A DNA stretch of 63,006 nt, the filler included, from Welwitschia mirabilis (lineage: Eukaryota), in assembly GCA_051453625.1 (NCBI GenBank). It is 6 parts of one record of this genome, joined end to end, with 100 filler letters (N's around TTAATTAATTAA, not from the genome) between each part and the next. Parts side by side here need not be neighbours in the genome. Positions count along the whole stretch, not along the records: positions 47,225 to 61,086 come from JBOZIK010000001.1; positions 61,187 to 63,006 come from JBOZIK010000001.1; 4 more parts are not named here. One strand, 5' to 3'. The notes below the pieces were generated by a model that saw only the letters and a program-made list of their open reading frames with translations, did not search any database and was not told the origin of the DNA. Positions 49,980 to 63,006 of this stretch are shown one piece after another. Each line of letters opens with the position of its first letter. Position 1 is the stretch's first letter. The position numbers were made by a program, and so were the translations under genes.

Positions 49980-52670
49980 TAAACAAAATGGTGTAACTGA
50001 AAGAAAAAACAATCTTAATAGAAACGTCCAGGACTATGTTAAGTGATAAATCTTTGTTTCAACATTTTTGGGCAGAAGCAGTTAATATGGCCTGTTACAT
50101 TAGCAATAGAGTTTTTCTAAGACCCAACACAAGCAAAACTCCATATGAGTTGTGGCATGGAAAAAGACCTACCGTAAGCTATTTCAAAGTGTTTAGAAGG
50201 AAGTGCTTGATTCTTAAAGATAAGGAAAAAACTAGAAACTACGAATCTAAAGCTAATTAAGGAANNNNNNNNNNNNNNNNNNNNNNNNNNNNNNNNNNNN
50301 NNNNNNNNNNNNNNNNNNNNNNNNNNNNNNNNNNNNNNNNNNNNNNNNNNNNNNNNNNNNNNNNNNNNNNNNNNNNNNNNNNNNNTTTAATAGAAATGTC
50401 CAGACCATGTTAAGTGATCAATCTTTGTCCTAACATTTTTTGGGCAGAAGCAGTTATTACGACCTATTACATTAGCAACATAGTTTTTCTAAGACCCAAC
50501 ACAAGCAAAACTCCATATGAGTTATGGGATGGAAAAAGACCTACTGTGAACTATTTCAAAGTGTTTGGAAGCAAGTGCTTGATTCTTAAGGATAAGAAAG
50601 AAGCTAGAAATTTTGAATCCAAAGTTACGACCTATTACATTAGCAACATAGTTTTTCTAAGACCCAACACAAGCAAAACTCCATATGAGTAATGGCATGG
50701 AAAAAGACCTATTGTGAACTATTTCAAAGTGTTTGGAAGCAAGTGCTTGATTCTTAAGGATAAGAGAGAAGCTAGAAGATTTGAATCCAAAGCTAATGAA
50801 GGAATATTTTTGGGTTACTCCATGACAAGCAAGGCTTACAGAGTGTATAACAAAATGCTATGCAGAGTGGAAAAAATAGTTCATGTCAAAATTGATGATA
50901 GTAATACAGTCGAAATAACTACAGATAAAGATGATGAAGATATTGTTAAAATGACCAATCCTAAAAGTAGTAATGAACCAACATTAAATGAAGATGATCA
51001 ATCCTAAAAGTAGTAATGAATCAACATCAAATGAAGATGATCAATCTCAAAAACATACTGCTCTACCATTGAGAACTCATCCACAAGAAAATATTCTAAG
51101 TAACCCAGATCAAGGAACTACAACTAGAAGTGAAAGAGCATAAGCAGCAGTTTTCTATGTCTCCTACCATCCTTGGAACCCAAAACTTTTCAAGAAGCTC
51201 AACAAGACAAATCTTGGATGTTGGCTATGCAACAAGAACTAACTTAGTTTGAACTTAATAAGGTTTGGGATCTTGTGCCTACTCCAAAAGGTAAACACAT
51301 AATTGGAACAAAATGGGTTTTCAAGAATAAAAGGGATGAGAATCATAATGTTGTTCAAAACAAAGCTAGATCAGTTGCTCAAGGGTATAGTCAACAAGAA
51401 GGAATAGACTATGGCGAAACTTTTGCCCTTGTAGCCAGGCTTGAAGCTATAAGAATGTTGCTCGCTTCTGTTTGCTGTCATAAGATAAGACTATATCAAA
51501 TGGATGTTAAAAGTGCATTCCTAAATGGATATATATTAATGAAAAACTTTATGTGACTCAACTACCAGGATTTATTAATTCAAAATTTCCAAATCATGTA
51601 TACAAACTCAACAAGGCATTATATGGCCTCACACAAGTCCCAAGAGCTCGGTTTGAGAGATTGATCACCTTCTTGACATCTAATGGCTTTTCGAAAGGCA
51701 ATGCTGATCCTACACTGTTTATTAAAAAAAAAAAAAAAGACCAATATCCTCATTGTTCAAATCTATGTAGACGATATTGTTTTTGAAGCAACTAGAAACA
51801 GTCTAGTCATGAACTTTGTCAACGTCATGCAAAGTGAATTCGAAATGAGTCTCATGGGTGAATTAAATTTCTTTTTGGGACTTCAAATCAGACAAATGCA
51901 AGATAGGATATTCATAAGTCAGACCAAATACATTCAAGAAATTTTGGAAAAATATGAAATGAGCAATGTCAAGGATACCAAAACTCCTCTCTCTATAAGT
52001 ATTAAATTGAGCAAAGATGACAATGGAAAAGGAGTGAATCAAAAGCTTTATAGAGGAATAATTGATAATCTCCTATATTTCACCGCTAGTAGACCAGGTA
52101 TAGCACATAATGTGAGAGTTTGTGCTCGTATCAAGCTAATCCAAAAGAATCACACTTAGCATGTGCTAAAAGGATACTGCGTTATCTAAAATCAACTCAA
52201 TATTATGGTCTTTGGTATCCATACAATACTACTATAGAATTAGCTGGTTATAGCGATGCAGATTGGGTGGCTATGTTGACGATCGTAAGAGCACAATTGG
52301 GGCATGCTTCTATATGGGAAACTGTTTAGTGTCATGGTCAAGTAGAAAACAAAATTCGACCTCCTTATCAAGAGCAGAAGCTGAGTACATTATTGCAAGT
52401 GCATGTTGTGCTCAACTTTTGTGGATGAAACAAATGTTGCTTGATTTTGGAATCAAACTTGATTCAATAAAACTTTATTGTGACAACATCTCCAGTCCAA
52501 CATTCGAGAACAAAACATATTGATATAAGACATCACTTCATTAGAGAACAAGTTCAAAATCACAGCACTAAAGATCAAATTACTGATTTTATGACCAAAA
52601 GCTTAACCGCAAAAAGATTCATTAATCCTAGGAAGAACTTAAGTATTGGGGTCTTCCCAAATCCTCAATA
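49980..52670 (+). pseudogene. Decayed SIRE/Maximus-like Copia pol (integrase, RT, RNase H), 5' part missing
   Basis: FWAEAVNMACYISNRV, GTKWVFKNK, YQMDVKSAFLNG, VQIYVDDIVF, GYSDADW, SRTKHIDIRHHFIRE; multiple frameshifts. Confidence 0.95.
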
Positions 52671-53000
52671 AACCTGACAACTCTGACTATTATGAAGCTA
52701 CCTTTGTCATCAATGTTTTGAACTTGATCACTTTGTCAAATTTTGGGTTTTTGTGCCAAAATTCATGATGTTTTCAACCTGGACGTCCCAGTAAAATTTC
52801 TCGGACGTCCGACAGTTATTCTTTTTATAAATTCAGGTTTATTAAAACCCGAATGTCCTGCTTCGATAACCCAGACGTCTGAGCTACTAAAAATGTGGAC
52901 GCCCTTGATTTTGTTTGCCTTATATACATGCCTTCACCTCATTTTACTTCATTCTTTTTTCCTCTCTCAGTCAATTTTCTTCTAGAGTCTCTTTCTTCAT

Positions 53001-54081
53001 CATGGTGAGATCCAAGTTGGCTTCTAGGAAAGGCAAGGAACCTGCTTCTGAATCAAAATGGTTCCTTTCTCTAGACCACAAGAGGCAATGGTTTAGTGGA
53101 TTTTCCAAGAGACCAATTGCCCTAGAAAGAAAAATTGACTTTGAATCTTGTAGAAGGGAAGTGAAGATTGACCATTTGTTTATAGAACAAGGATGGCAGT
53201 ATGCTCTTGACCTAGATACGAAAGCAACTGCAAGAATCGTAAGGCTTTTCTATTGTAATGGCACTTTTAATTCTGAAGATTGGCAGATTAGAACAAAAGT
53301 TTTTGGGAGAGATGTAGAAATAGGTTTGGAACATATATCATTGATTACTAGTTATTCAAATGATGGTCTATTTTGCGAGATTACTTCAATGGACTCTATT
53401 AGAGAATTTATGTCGATTGAAATCTTCATGCACGAGTTATGTGGAACAGACATAGTTTGAAGACCAAATTTATGTACCAATCGGTTGAAGCCTCGAGTTT
53501 TATTTCAGGTTTCTACACACAATTTAGTCCCAAAACTAGGTCACAAGGATGAAGTGTCTCCTCTCCGTGCTTACATACTGTTTTGTCTTGTTGTGAGAGT
53601 TAAAATAAATTTGTGCAAATTCATTATGGTCTACATCAATCAGTTTTTTATTACTAGATACTCAAGCTTACCTTTTGGAGGCCTCATAACTACACTTCTG
53701 AAGTTTGTTGTGAACAACGATGAAGAATTACTGAGAAGTCGAAAACCTTTAGGGCTATACTCATTGAAGAATATGAACATTTTTGCAGAATCAGAAACTC
53801 CTCCTCCTCCACCACAAAATCAAATTCGTACAAAAGAAGGCACAATTTCTCATACAAGTCTAGTTACAAATGAAGATATCATGAAGGCTATTTTGGAAGT
53901 AAAGCAAATTGCAGAGCAAGCTACAGATGTTAGTTTACAAGCAAAACAGGTAGCAGATAGAGACCACTGCAAAGTGGAATGTATTGCATTTGGCCTTTCA
54001 GCTTATGGACTTGAGATTCCTACAGGCTCACATGAAGAAGAGGAGCAACAACCATCATGTTCTGGCCATTCCTCTAATTAG
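53001..54081 (+). pseudogene. Extra (env-like position) ORF of the SIRE-like element, broken at about 53460
   Basis: MVRSKLASRKGKEP...VRLFYCN...HNLVPKLGHKDEV...LPFGGLITTLL lies between pol and the 3' LTR, the usual place of the Sirevirus extra ORF. Confidence 0.75.
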
Positions 54082-54547
54082 CTTTCTGCTTCTTGCTTAT
54101 GGAGTATCCTTTTGTATATGCTCCATGGATATCCTTCTTTAAAGCAATCTTGTACTACCAGTTGTACTCAAATTTCCTTTAATAATATACACTGGTTTTT
54201 GTGCATTTTCTTATTTCTACTCAATTTACTTATTTTAATGATGACAAAGGGGAAGAAAAGAAATTATAGAGTTTTGTTTGATTTACTTTCTTTCGCATTT
54301 TGTACACCTATATCTTAACAAAAACATTTTTTTCTGATGTGATATGGAAATAAAATTGCTTTATACCTATGCTATTTTTAATGGGCTAACAAATTGAGGA
54401 GATTTTACAAGTACATCTTGTTTGAGCTTACTGTGTACAGGCTTATTAGGAGCACAAATTCAGGGGAAGCAGCTAGCTTTTCAACCCACTGCGTTCTCTT
54501 GAGAAGATATATTGAAAAAAGGTTGTCATCATTGAAAAAGGGGAGAT

Positions 54548-55692
54548 TGTTGGATACAGAAGTTTTAATGATGATGAAGTGATCCCTAATAGGTTTATTA
54601 TGAGCTCACTTGAGAATTGGAGAATCCGAAGATGGTCAAAATCGAAGAAATCAAATAGATTTGGAGAATTTTCTAAGGAAAATACACTGGGACGTCTCAC
54701 TTGTCAAATCGGGACATTTCACATGTCAAACCAGGACATCTGGGCAAAGTTTGGTGTTACACTATTAGGACGTCTGACCTGTCAAACCAGGACGTTCGAG
54801 CTAAATTTAGTGATAAAGTATGATGACCTCCGGACTGTGAAACCAGGACGCCCAGGATCAACTCAGAGACAAAGTATGGGGACATTCGACCTGTCAAACT
54901 AGGATGTCCGGAATGCTCTCAGTTTTAATGGAAAAAAACTGGGACGTCCAACCTTCTTGAATGGAATGTCCAACCTGGCAAACGTTGCAGCGGAAAGATG
55001 ACCGTTCTGACCAATAGAGCGCAATATTCTAAGGAGAAACGGCTAGGACATCCTTTGGCATGCCACTAAAGTTTGACTACACCTTGTTCGAGGATCTAAT
55101 AACTAGAAAAAGAGGTTATATAACCTAGTTTTAAAAGAGATCAAGAGGCTGCTTGACTGTGATATCAAATAAAGCTTTGATAAGGACTGTACTTGACTAA
55201 GCTACTGTTCTATCTCTCTTCTTCTTTTCTTTCATTTGTACTTCACTGAGTTATTCTATTGAAAGTCGGTAGTGCCGAGAACATGTTGAAGATCATTGCA
55301 TCACTGGCACACAACCATCAAAAGCAAATTTGTTGTAGATTGTATGTGTAGCTCTTAGTGAGCATTTAGTGGTAACTGACGTTACCTTTGTAAAGTGTTG
55401 TATGCATACTGAAGACCCTTGTTGGAGGGTGATGTAATGATCTTGAAGATTAAGAGAACCAGGAGGCTGAAGGCTATTGTTGCCCCCTAAGAGTGGAGTA
55501 GGCTCTTGTGCTAAACCACTATAAATCTGTGGTGCATTCTTCTTTGGTGTTCTTTATTTCTTACTATAATTTCTCTTAAATGCTATCAATTATTCTTTTT
55601 AGTTTCTTATAATTTTTGATAACACCCTATTCATCCCTCCCCACCCCCCTCCTCCTGCCCCCCCCCATCTAGGGTTCCATACGATCCCAGCA
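54548..55692 (+). mobile_element. 3' LTR of the SIRE-like element
   Basis: Multiple PPTs (about 54247, 54461, 54535-54547 AAAAAGGGGGAGAT); TGTTGGAT...ATCCCAGCA; GGACGTCY array at 54690-54970. Confidence 0.88.
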
Positions 55693-58600
55693 GTTGTTGT
55701 CGGCACAACAAATTCAAACTTGTGGCATAGGTGGGTATGACACATTGGTCAATTTGGTTTGAATGTATTGCAATCTAACTCCCTTATTCATTTGCCTGTT
55801 TATAGCTTTGATGTCTATAAAGATTATAAAGTTGGAAAGTCACATAGAGTAGATTGTAAAAGGAACAGGCATCACTGAAGTAGTAGCAAGTTAGAATTTG
55901 TTTGCTCTAATGTTGTTGAACCTTCCAAAATTACATCTATTGCTGGTGGCCTGTATTACTTAGTTACCTTTGTCGATAATTTTAGTAGTAAAATTTGGGT
56001 CTATCCTATCAAGTTCAAGGACTTGGCACTTGATGTTTTTAAGAGGTTTATTGCCCAAGTTGAGACACGAACGAGGTTGAGAGTTAAGAAATTTCTGTTT
56101 GACAATGGAGATGGATACATCTCATGTGCTTTTGCTGATTTCTATGCTCAAAACAGGATCATACACAAGTATATTACTCCTGAAACGCCACAACGAAATG
56201 GAGTGGCTGAGAGGTTTAAGACAACTTTGTTAGAGCATGCAAGAATCATGCTTGCAGCTGTATGTCTACCAAAATCATTTTGGGGCTAAAGCAGGTAGCA
56301 CTATTGCATACGTTATCAACAGGTCATGTCATTCAACACTAGATGGATAAATCCTTGAAGTGTTGTGGAGAGGAAACCATATCTCCTACTCACATCTACG
56401 CATTTTCGGTTGTGAGGCCTATGTTCATGTTCAGAAGTCACATAGGTCCAAATTGGATGATAAGGCACACAAATGCATCTTTATTGGGTATGGCAATGAT
56501 GATTTTCGTTACAAGCTTTGGGACCCTGTTTGCAAACAGGTAGTTAGATCTAGGGATACCACTTCTGGAGAAGATTCTCTATTTTATCCACAGCAGGTTC
56601 AGAATCAAGATGGTGAAATGTTTGATTCTAGCATCCCTCAACAAGAGCATGTTAGAATGTTTGCGCATGATGATGATGAAAGTGAGGTAGGTAGAAGACA
56701 TGGCTGAAAATGAAGATGAACAGGTTGAAATGAACATGATGAGCAAGAGGCTAAGGATGAAGAACAGGTGAATCAACAACATTGGGTGAGAAGGTCCACC
56801 AGAGTCACAAGACAACTAGATAAGTATTCTCCATCTTTGAATTATGTGTTACTTACTGATTGTGGAGAACCTAAAACATTTGCAAAAGTTAAAATGTCTC
56901 CTAATGTGTAGAAGTGGGAGGCATCAATGAAGGAAGAGTGGAAGTCTTTGAATGATAACCATACATGGGACTTGGTACCTCTTTCAAAGGGGAGAAAGGC
57001 GTTGAAAAGTCGACGGGTTTTCTAGCTGAAAATAGATTCTAATGGCATAAAAATATACAAAGCTAGGCTGATTGTGAAGGGCTGTGAACAGAGGCTAGTA
57101 TTGAGTTTATAAAAATATTCTCACCTATTGTGAAGCATTTTTCTATTAGAATTGTTTTATCACTAGTTGTCTGTTTGAATTTAGAATTAGAACAACTAGA
57201 TGTTAAAACAACATTCTTACATGGGGACCTGAATGAAGGAATTCACATACAACAACCTGAAGTTTTCATTGATAAAGGAAACCATATTTGGTTTGCAAGT
57301 TATATAGGAGTTTGTATGGGCGAAAACAAAAGCTCCTAGGCAGTGGTACATGAAGTTTCATGCCTTCATGAAGGAGCAGCAATACATTAGTAGCAATTTC
57401 GACCATTGCGTTTATGTTTCAGATGATTTTAAGTGGAAAATTTTGTATTCTTTTATTGTATGTTGATGACATACTAATTGCAGGAAATGACAACAATGAA
57501 ATAAAATGCTTAAAGGTTGAAATGGGCAAGAACTTTGCCATAAAAGACCTTGGACCAGCAAAGCAAATCTTAGGAATGCAAATTGAAAGGGATAGAAAGA
57601 AAGGACTGCTATGGTTGAGGCAAAATGAGTACATTTCCAAGGTGTTGGAAAGATTTAGAATGACAAATGCATGCCTTGTAAGTACTGCTCTAGCTCTTTC
57701 AAACTTAGCAAGTGTGATGATGCCAATGGCAAAATAGATTTTGAAGATGTTTCATATACATCAACAGTTGGTTCATTGATGTATGTTATGGTTTGTACTA
57801 GCTCGGATACAACAAATGTTGTTGGTGTTGTCAACAGGTTTATGAGTTGTCCACGTTGGTCACATCAGACAACAATAAAATTGATCTTGACGTATTTAAA
57901 AGGTACTCAAGGTTACAACCTACAGTTTGGAGGAGGCAGTCTAAAAGTCAGAGGCTTTCTGTATGCAAACTATGCTGCTGATTTGGACACTAGAAGGTCT
58001 ACTAAAGGTTATGCTTTTGTTCTTGGAGTTGGTGCAATTAGTTTGCAATCTAGACTCCAACAATTGGTAACCTTGTCAACTACAGAAGCAGACTATGTGG
58101 TGTTAGCTAAAGCCTTCAAAGAGATGTTGTGGCTGCACGGATTTCTACGATTTTTGGGATTGAAGCTGCAATAGTTTCATGTGTTGTGGGATAGTTAGAG
58201 TGCCATATTTCTGGCAAGGAATCCTTCTCGTGATGAAAGAATTAAGCAGATAGATGTCAAATACCATTTTGTAAGGGACATCATGGAGGAGAAAAAGGTG
58301 AGTGTGCTGAAAGTTTACACAAATAAAAATGCAATTGGCACTTTGACAAGGAACATGGTTACTGATAAGCATACCTTTTATAGCAAGATGTTTGGGTTGG
58401 CAACAACGTGAAGGTAAAGACTTGAAAAGTAGTGCCCTCCTGATTCTTGGAAAGAGATTTGTCTTCAAGGGAGAGGAATGCTTCATGAAGTCAAATCCTT
58501 GTTATATTAATTTTATATTCACTTTTGTATGACTTCCAAGTCATGTTACTTTTTGTAAAAAGTACTTCATATTGTGATAAAACCCTAAAAGGGTAAGGGG

Positions 58601-58810
58601 GAGTTAGGGTTAAAACCCTTAGAGGGTGTCTATAAAAGCAAGATGTTGCTGTAACATACTTATTACCTTTTCATTTTGCTTCATAGTGCTAACAAGAACT
58701 CTGCAGTGCTTTTCCATTTTTTTCTGTAAAGGTTTCCACATAAAATTCCTATGTGCTATTCCTTTTTTTGCTTGCTGCTTTTTTTCTTTCGCTGTGTTTG
58801 TTTTACAACA
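55693..58810 (+). mobile_element. Decayed Tork/Tnt1-like Copia pol with PPT and 3' LTR (58479-58810)
   Basis: TPETPQRNGVAER, HLRIFGCEAYVH, EQLDVKTTFLHGDL, LLLYVDDILI, LSTTEADY; AAGGGAGAGGAA then TG at 58479; ends TTACAACA. Confidence 0.92.
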
Positions 58811-59107
58811 TATTTTGTTGTAAAGAATGGATTCACAAAGTTGGAAAGAAGGATTTTGAAGTAATTGCATAGTTGCATTGAGCTGTGAAAGCTTGTTGAG
58901 TGGATGTTCAAACAACGATTTGCAACACACTATGCGTTGCATTACTTTTGCTGCACAAGACCTGCCAGTCTGCCACTAAGACTATAATTCTAGAATGTAA
59001 GATTGATGATGCCCCTTTCTTTTAAGAGTCCTTTTTAATAATGAATTGCTGTAGAGATCAATGAAAAACCTTTTTTCCCTCGTCCTTTAAAGAACTTTTA
59101 TGAGTTC

Positions 59108-60466
59108 TGTTAGGATTGAAAGGCACCCTAGAAGGGGGGTGAGTAGGGTAATAAAAATTAAATTACTCCTTAAAAAAACTTTATCAGCCTTAGTGAAGAG
59201 CAATGCTATTAAGAGGATTCAATAAAACAAAATGAAGAGTAGGAACAACAAAAGAAATTGTGCACTAGATTTATAGTGGTTTGGCTATTCTTGCCTACTC
59301 CACTCTTAGGGGGCAGTAATGTGCTTCCAGCCTTCTGGTTCCATTAAAACACCCAACAACTTGGGCACATTACAACACCCTTTTTCAAGGGTTACAATCC
59401 ACTTCCTTCACACGGGATACATAGGCTTACTCCAATGAGCCACTAGATGCTTTAAATAGCAAGAGATCTGATGGTGTGAGTGCCATCAGCACAATGCATC
59501 AACAATGATAGCAAGATTTCCAAACACAATAGATATGTTGGTGAAGTTCAAATTGTACATGAATATCAGAGCTTATGACATACAATCATTTGGAGCATTA
59601 GCCTTATACAAGATGAGGATTTGGCTTTTTATAGCCTAAGAGTAATAAGATAGTTGTTGGAGCCTCAGATTTGAAGCCCTAGCGGTTTATTACACAACCC
59701 TAGCCATTTGGATTTCAAAAGACATTTCTATGGTTGCTACAATGGTCAAATTTTCGCTTCAATGTTCCTTGAGTCAGACATCCCATTCTTTTAGCTCGGA
59801 CGTCCCGGTTGTAATGCTGGACTTTTGTCAAAATCGAGAGGGATCCCGGATGTCCCATTCCAAGGTCTAGACATTCCCATAGAGTCAGCTGAATACAGGG
59901 TTGGGCGTCCTGATAACAAGCTTAGACGTCCCCCTACAAGTTTTCTGCATATAGGTCTGGACGTCCCAGTAACAAGGCTTGGATGTTTCGAAACAATTTA
60001 CCGCATATAGGGTTGGACGTGCCATCTAATCGGGCAGACGTCCCGATTGGCACAACTTTAGAATTTCATGATTTTGGTGAATCCAATGCACAGATTTAGA
60101 CATCATTGAAACCGCGGATGCTTTCATAGACTCTTCCACAATCTTCCCCTCTTCGATGATCATAACCTTGTTCAGGAACTGATAAGAGAGAAGGTGAATT
60201 ACTCCCACTGAAATTGTGCACATTGATTGACCTGTGATCTGCAAGAATTGATAACAAATGAGAGGTCTTTGCAGGCGGTTTAGTGCAGTAGTGTTTTATC
60301 AAAATTGGAAAGTGCCTTAAATGCATCAAATTTGGATAATGACTGCACTTTTCCGAGATTTCCTCTTGTATCTCCAAAATCATCAGAATTGCACTTAAAC
60401 CTATATAAAAGTCCTGCAAAACAACTCATAAAACCCATCAAATAACCGTAAATTGGCAATGCAACA
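59108..60466 (-). mobile_element. Composite LTR: SIRE-like left part, Athila-like right part
   Basis: 59108-59345 matches 27642-27870; GGACGTCC array at 59775-60045; right end GCAACA is followed by TAGCCCCCCACTTAGCCTTTGTCAGTCCC, like the Athila PPT region at 39294. Confidence 0.65.
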
Positions 60467-63006
60467 TAGCCCCCCACTTAGCCTTTGTCAGTCCCTGACA
60501 AAAAATAGGTGGAAAAACTATAATTGCAAGCCAACTTACTTTCAAAAGATAAATCTAGAAAGCATAAAAACAGGCTCATAAAAACACATCATATGGGTAG
60601 ATAACAAGTAATGCACAATGTGTATGAAAACTTTTGAAAATTTTATGTCATGAAAGCTTTAAAATTTTTGAAAAATGAGCCATGTAAATGGATCTCTGCT
60701 CCCCTCAAAAGAAAAGGCAATACGTATCATATTGGCAAATAAGGCAAAGAAGATAAACGAGAGTGGGAAGGCAGGAAATGAAAATGAGGACAACTTTCAA
60801 AACAAAGTGCAAAGCTGAGTAATGTCAGATTTAAAAAATATAGAGATATGAAATATTCTGATAAGTAAAGAAAAAGTGGATAAAAAGTGTTTTGCCATAG
60901 AAAAGATTATGAGCAGTGTTTTACAACACCAAAAATCTGAAAATAACACAAATCTAAACAAGAAATTACCTTTTATTGAAAATTAAAATAGGAAAACATG
61001 TTAAGAAAATACGGTAATGACTTTGAAATAACTAACCAAACCACAAAAGAAAACAAGAACAATGGGCATAAGATAACATAACAAAANNNNNNNNNNNNNN
61101 NNNNNNNNNNNNNNNNNNNNNNNNNNNNNNTTAATTAATTAANNNNNNNNNNNNNNNNNNNNNNNNNNNNNNNNNNNNNNNNNNNNTTCTTCTTCTTTTT
61201 CATGCTTTACTTCTTTTAGATCTTTCATAATTTGTCCTATAGTACGATTTTCTTTAGTGGTTTTAGGCCAAGTTTGACTTGTTTCTACCAAATTATCTAG
61301 CACACTCCATGCATCATCTAGGCTTAAGTTCAACAAATTTCCTCCACAAGAAAAGTCTATTAGTTATTTCATTGAAGTATTTAATCCACTATAAAAATAA
61401 TCTATAAGCTCTTCTTTACAAAATTCATTAATAAGGTTGGAATGGCTAGTGCTTATAAAATGTTCATAGGATGTTGCATAATCTTCATGAGTTTGTTATT
61501 GGAAGTTAGTTACTTATTTTCTTTTCTTCCTCATAAAACTCTCACTCAAAAATATTTTAACGAACACTTCTTACACTTGACTCCAAGATTTAAGGCTCTT
61601 GTGTGGAATGGTTTTCAGCCAAATGTTTTCTCTTCCTCTAAGTGTAATGGGAAAAATAATCATGTAGGTTTGGTTATTAATACATTTTTTTCCATTTCTA
61701 TAGGTAAGCACTAGTTGTTCCATATCAGCTAAATGTTGAAAAGGATCTTCCTCTCGTTGCCCTCAAAAAGTTGGGTAAGCACTTAAATTCCTTAGTTCTA
61801 GGAGGCAAATCAAATAGATTTTAAATTTGATGTTTTTGATTATCAATTAAATCTTTAAGGGTAACTTTCACATTTGAAGAAGAAGTTCCTATTATGATTA
61901 GAGCATTTGATGAAATAACTTATTTTTATTTTTGCAATACTTTCAAAAATTTAGCATTTTTGAAGAAACAATATGATCGCCTTCTACACTATAATTTTAT
62001 TTTACAAAATCTAATTTGAAATAATAAAAGCAGAAATATCTTCTTCTTCAATTCTAGAAATTTGTATACCTAGGGTGTGCGTATCTGGATTTAGTTTAAA
62101 GTCAAATAGTTCTTCTCTGATGTTTTCTTTAATTAGGTTCCGTTCTCTCTGATATTTGGGCTTTGTACCAAAATTCACCATATCCCTGCATGCTCAAATA
62201 ACTAATAAAAAGGAAAAATTAAATATAGCAGACCATGACTTGCCTAGTCATGTGGACAACAAGGAGGATGATGATCACAGAAAATGAAAATCCAAAAGTA
62301 TAGAAACTATAGAAATTATACAGATTATTGTCTAGAGTGTTATGTGGACGATGAAAAGGAGATAGTTAACTTATTTATGGAAAAGAAAATTTAAAAATGT
62401 GGAAAAATTTTAAGACTATCATCCTTCTAGTCGTGGGGATGACAAATAAAATGATAGTTTACTATAAAGAAAAAAATAGAGAAAAATTGCAAAAAAGCAA
62501 AAAGTAATTGAAAACAATAAACTATCATGTCCTACATCATTATGACAATAGAGGAAATGACAGAGTCCTTAAGAAAATTTGTGAAAAATAAAGTTACAAA
62601 AATAAACCTACTTTAACCTAAGCTAGAAAAAATACATGACTAATTCAAATAACTAACCTAAATAGAGGATTCAAGGAACTTATCTAATTAGTGACAATCC
62701 TCTGAGTTTCTTACTTCTTCTCTAGTAATGGCAGCAAATGTTGCAATGTGAAATTATGCAATCTAAAAGTCATTCAGGTAAACCTATAAATCATATAATT
62801 TTCATAAAACACACACTAGTATAGATGGGAGTTCACTCAAATGTCATAATCCAATGAAGGCACTAGGCTTAGAGTTAGAAAATTAGTTTGTCAAAGTATT
62901 TTTAGTCCTTTTTTTCTTATAAAAACTGAAAGGAAATAAACAAGTAAATGCGATGCTAAATGGAAATGAAATATAAGTGAATGAAAATGGAAATTAAAAT
63001 GGAAAT
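60467..63006 (-). mobile_element. Athila-like internal region with gag remnant; 5' LTR starts at about 62739 and leaves the window
   Basis: DFSCGGNLLNLSLDDAWSVLDNLVETSQTW and EDPFQHL on the minus strand (61190-61790); degenerate PBS at about 62720-62737. Confidence 0.7.

Overview
AT-rich, gap-ridden draft-assembly sequence from a plant nuclear genome. Almost all of it is a nest of decayed LTR retrotransposons (Athila-, Tat/Ogre-, SIRE- and Tork-like) plus one non-autonomous hAT element. Two intact small exons (31328-31411, 31540-31579) of a conserved plant NTF2-like gene sit in the middle, with no other exons recognised in about 31 kb either side. The most unusual feature is a miniature retroelement (TRIM) present as two tandem arrays (1-1833 and 42381-45750) in which adjacent units share LTRs. 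Each unit looks like a centromeric (CRM-type) chromovirus reduced to PBS + gag N-terminus + integrase C-terminal tail + PPT. The second array is bounded by one 5-bp TSD. Its LTRs carry 2-5 copies of a 24-bp motif whose flanks co-vary as RNA stem-loops. Family assignments come from recognised motifs, not database searches.
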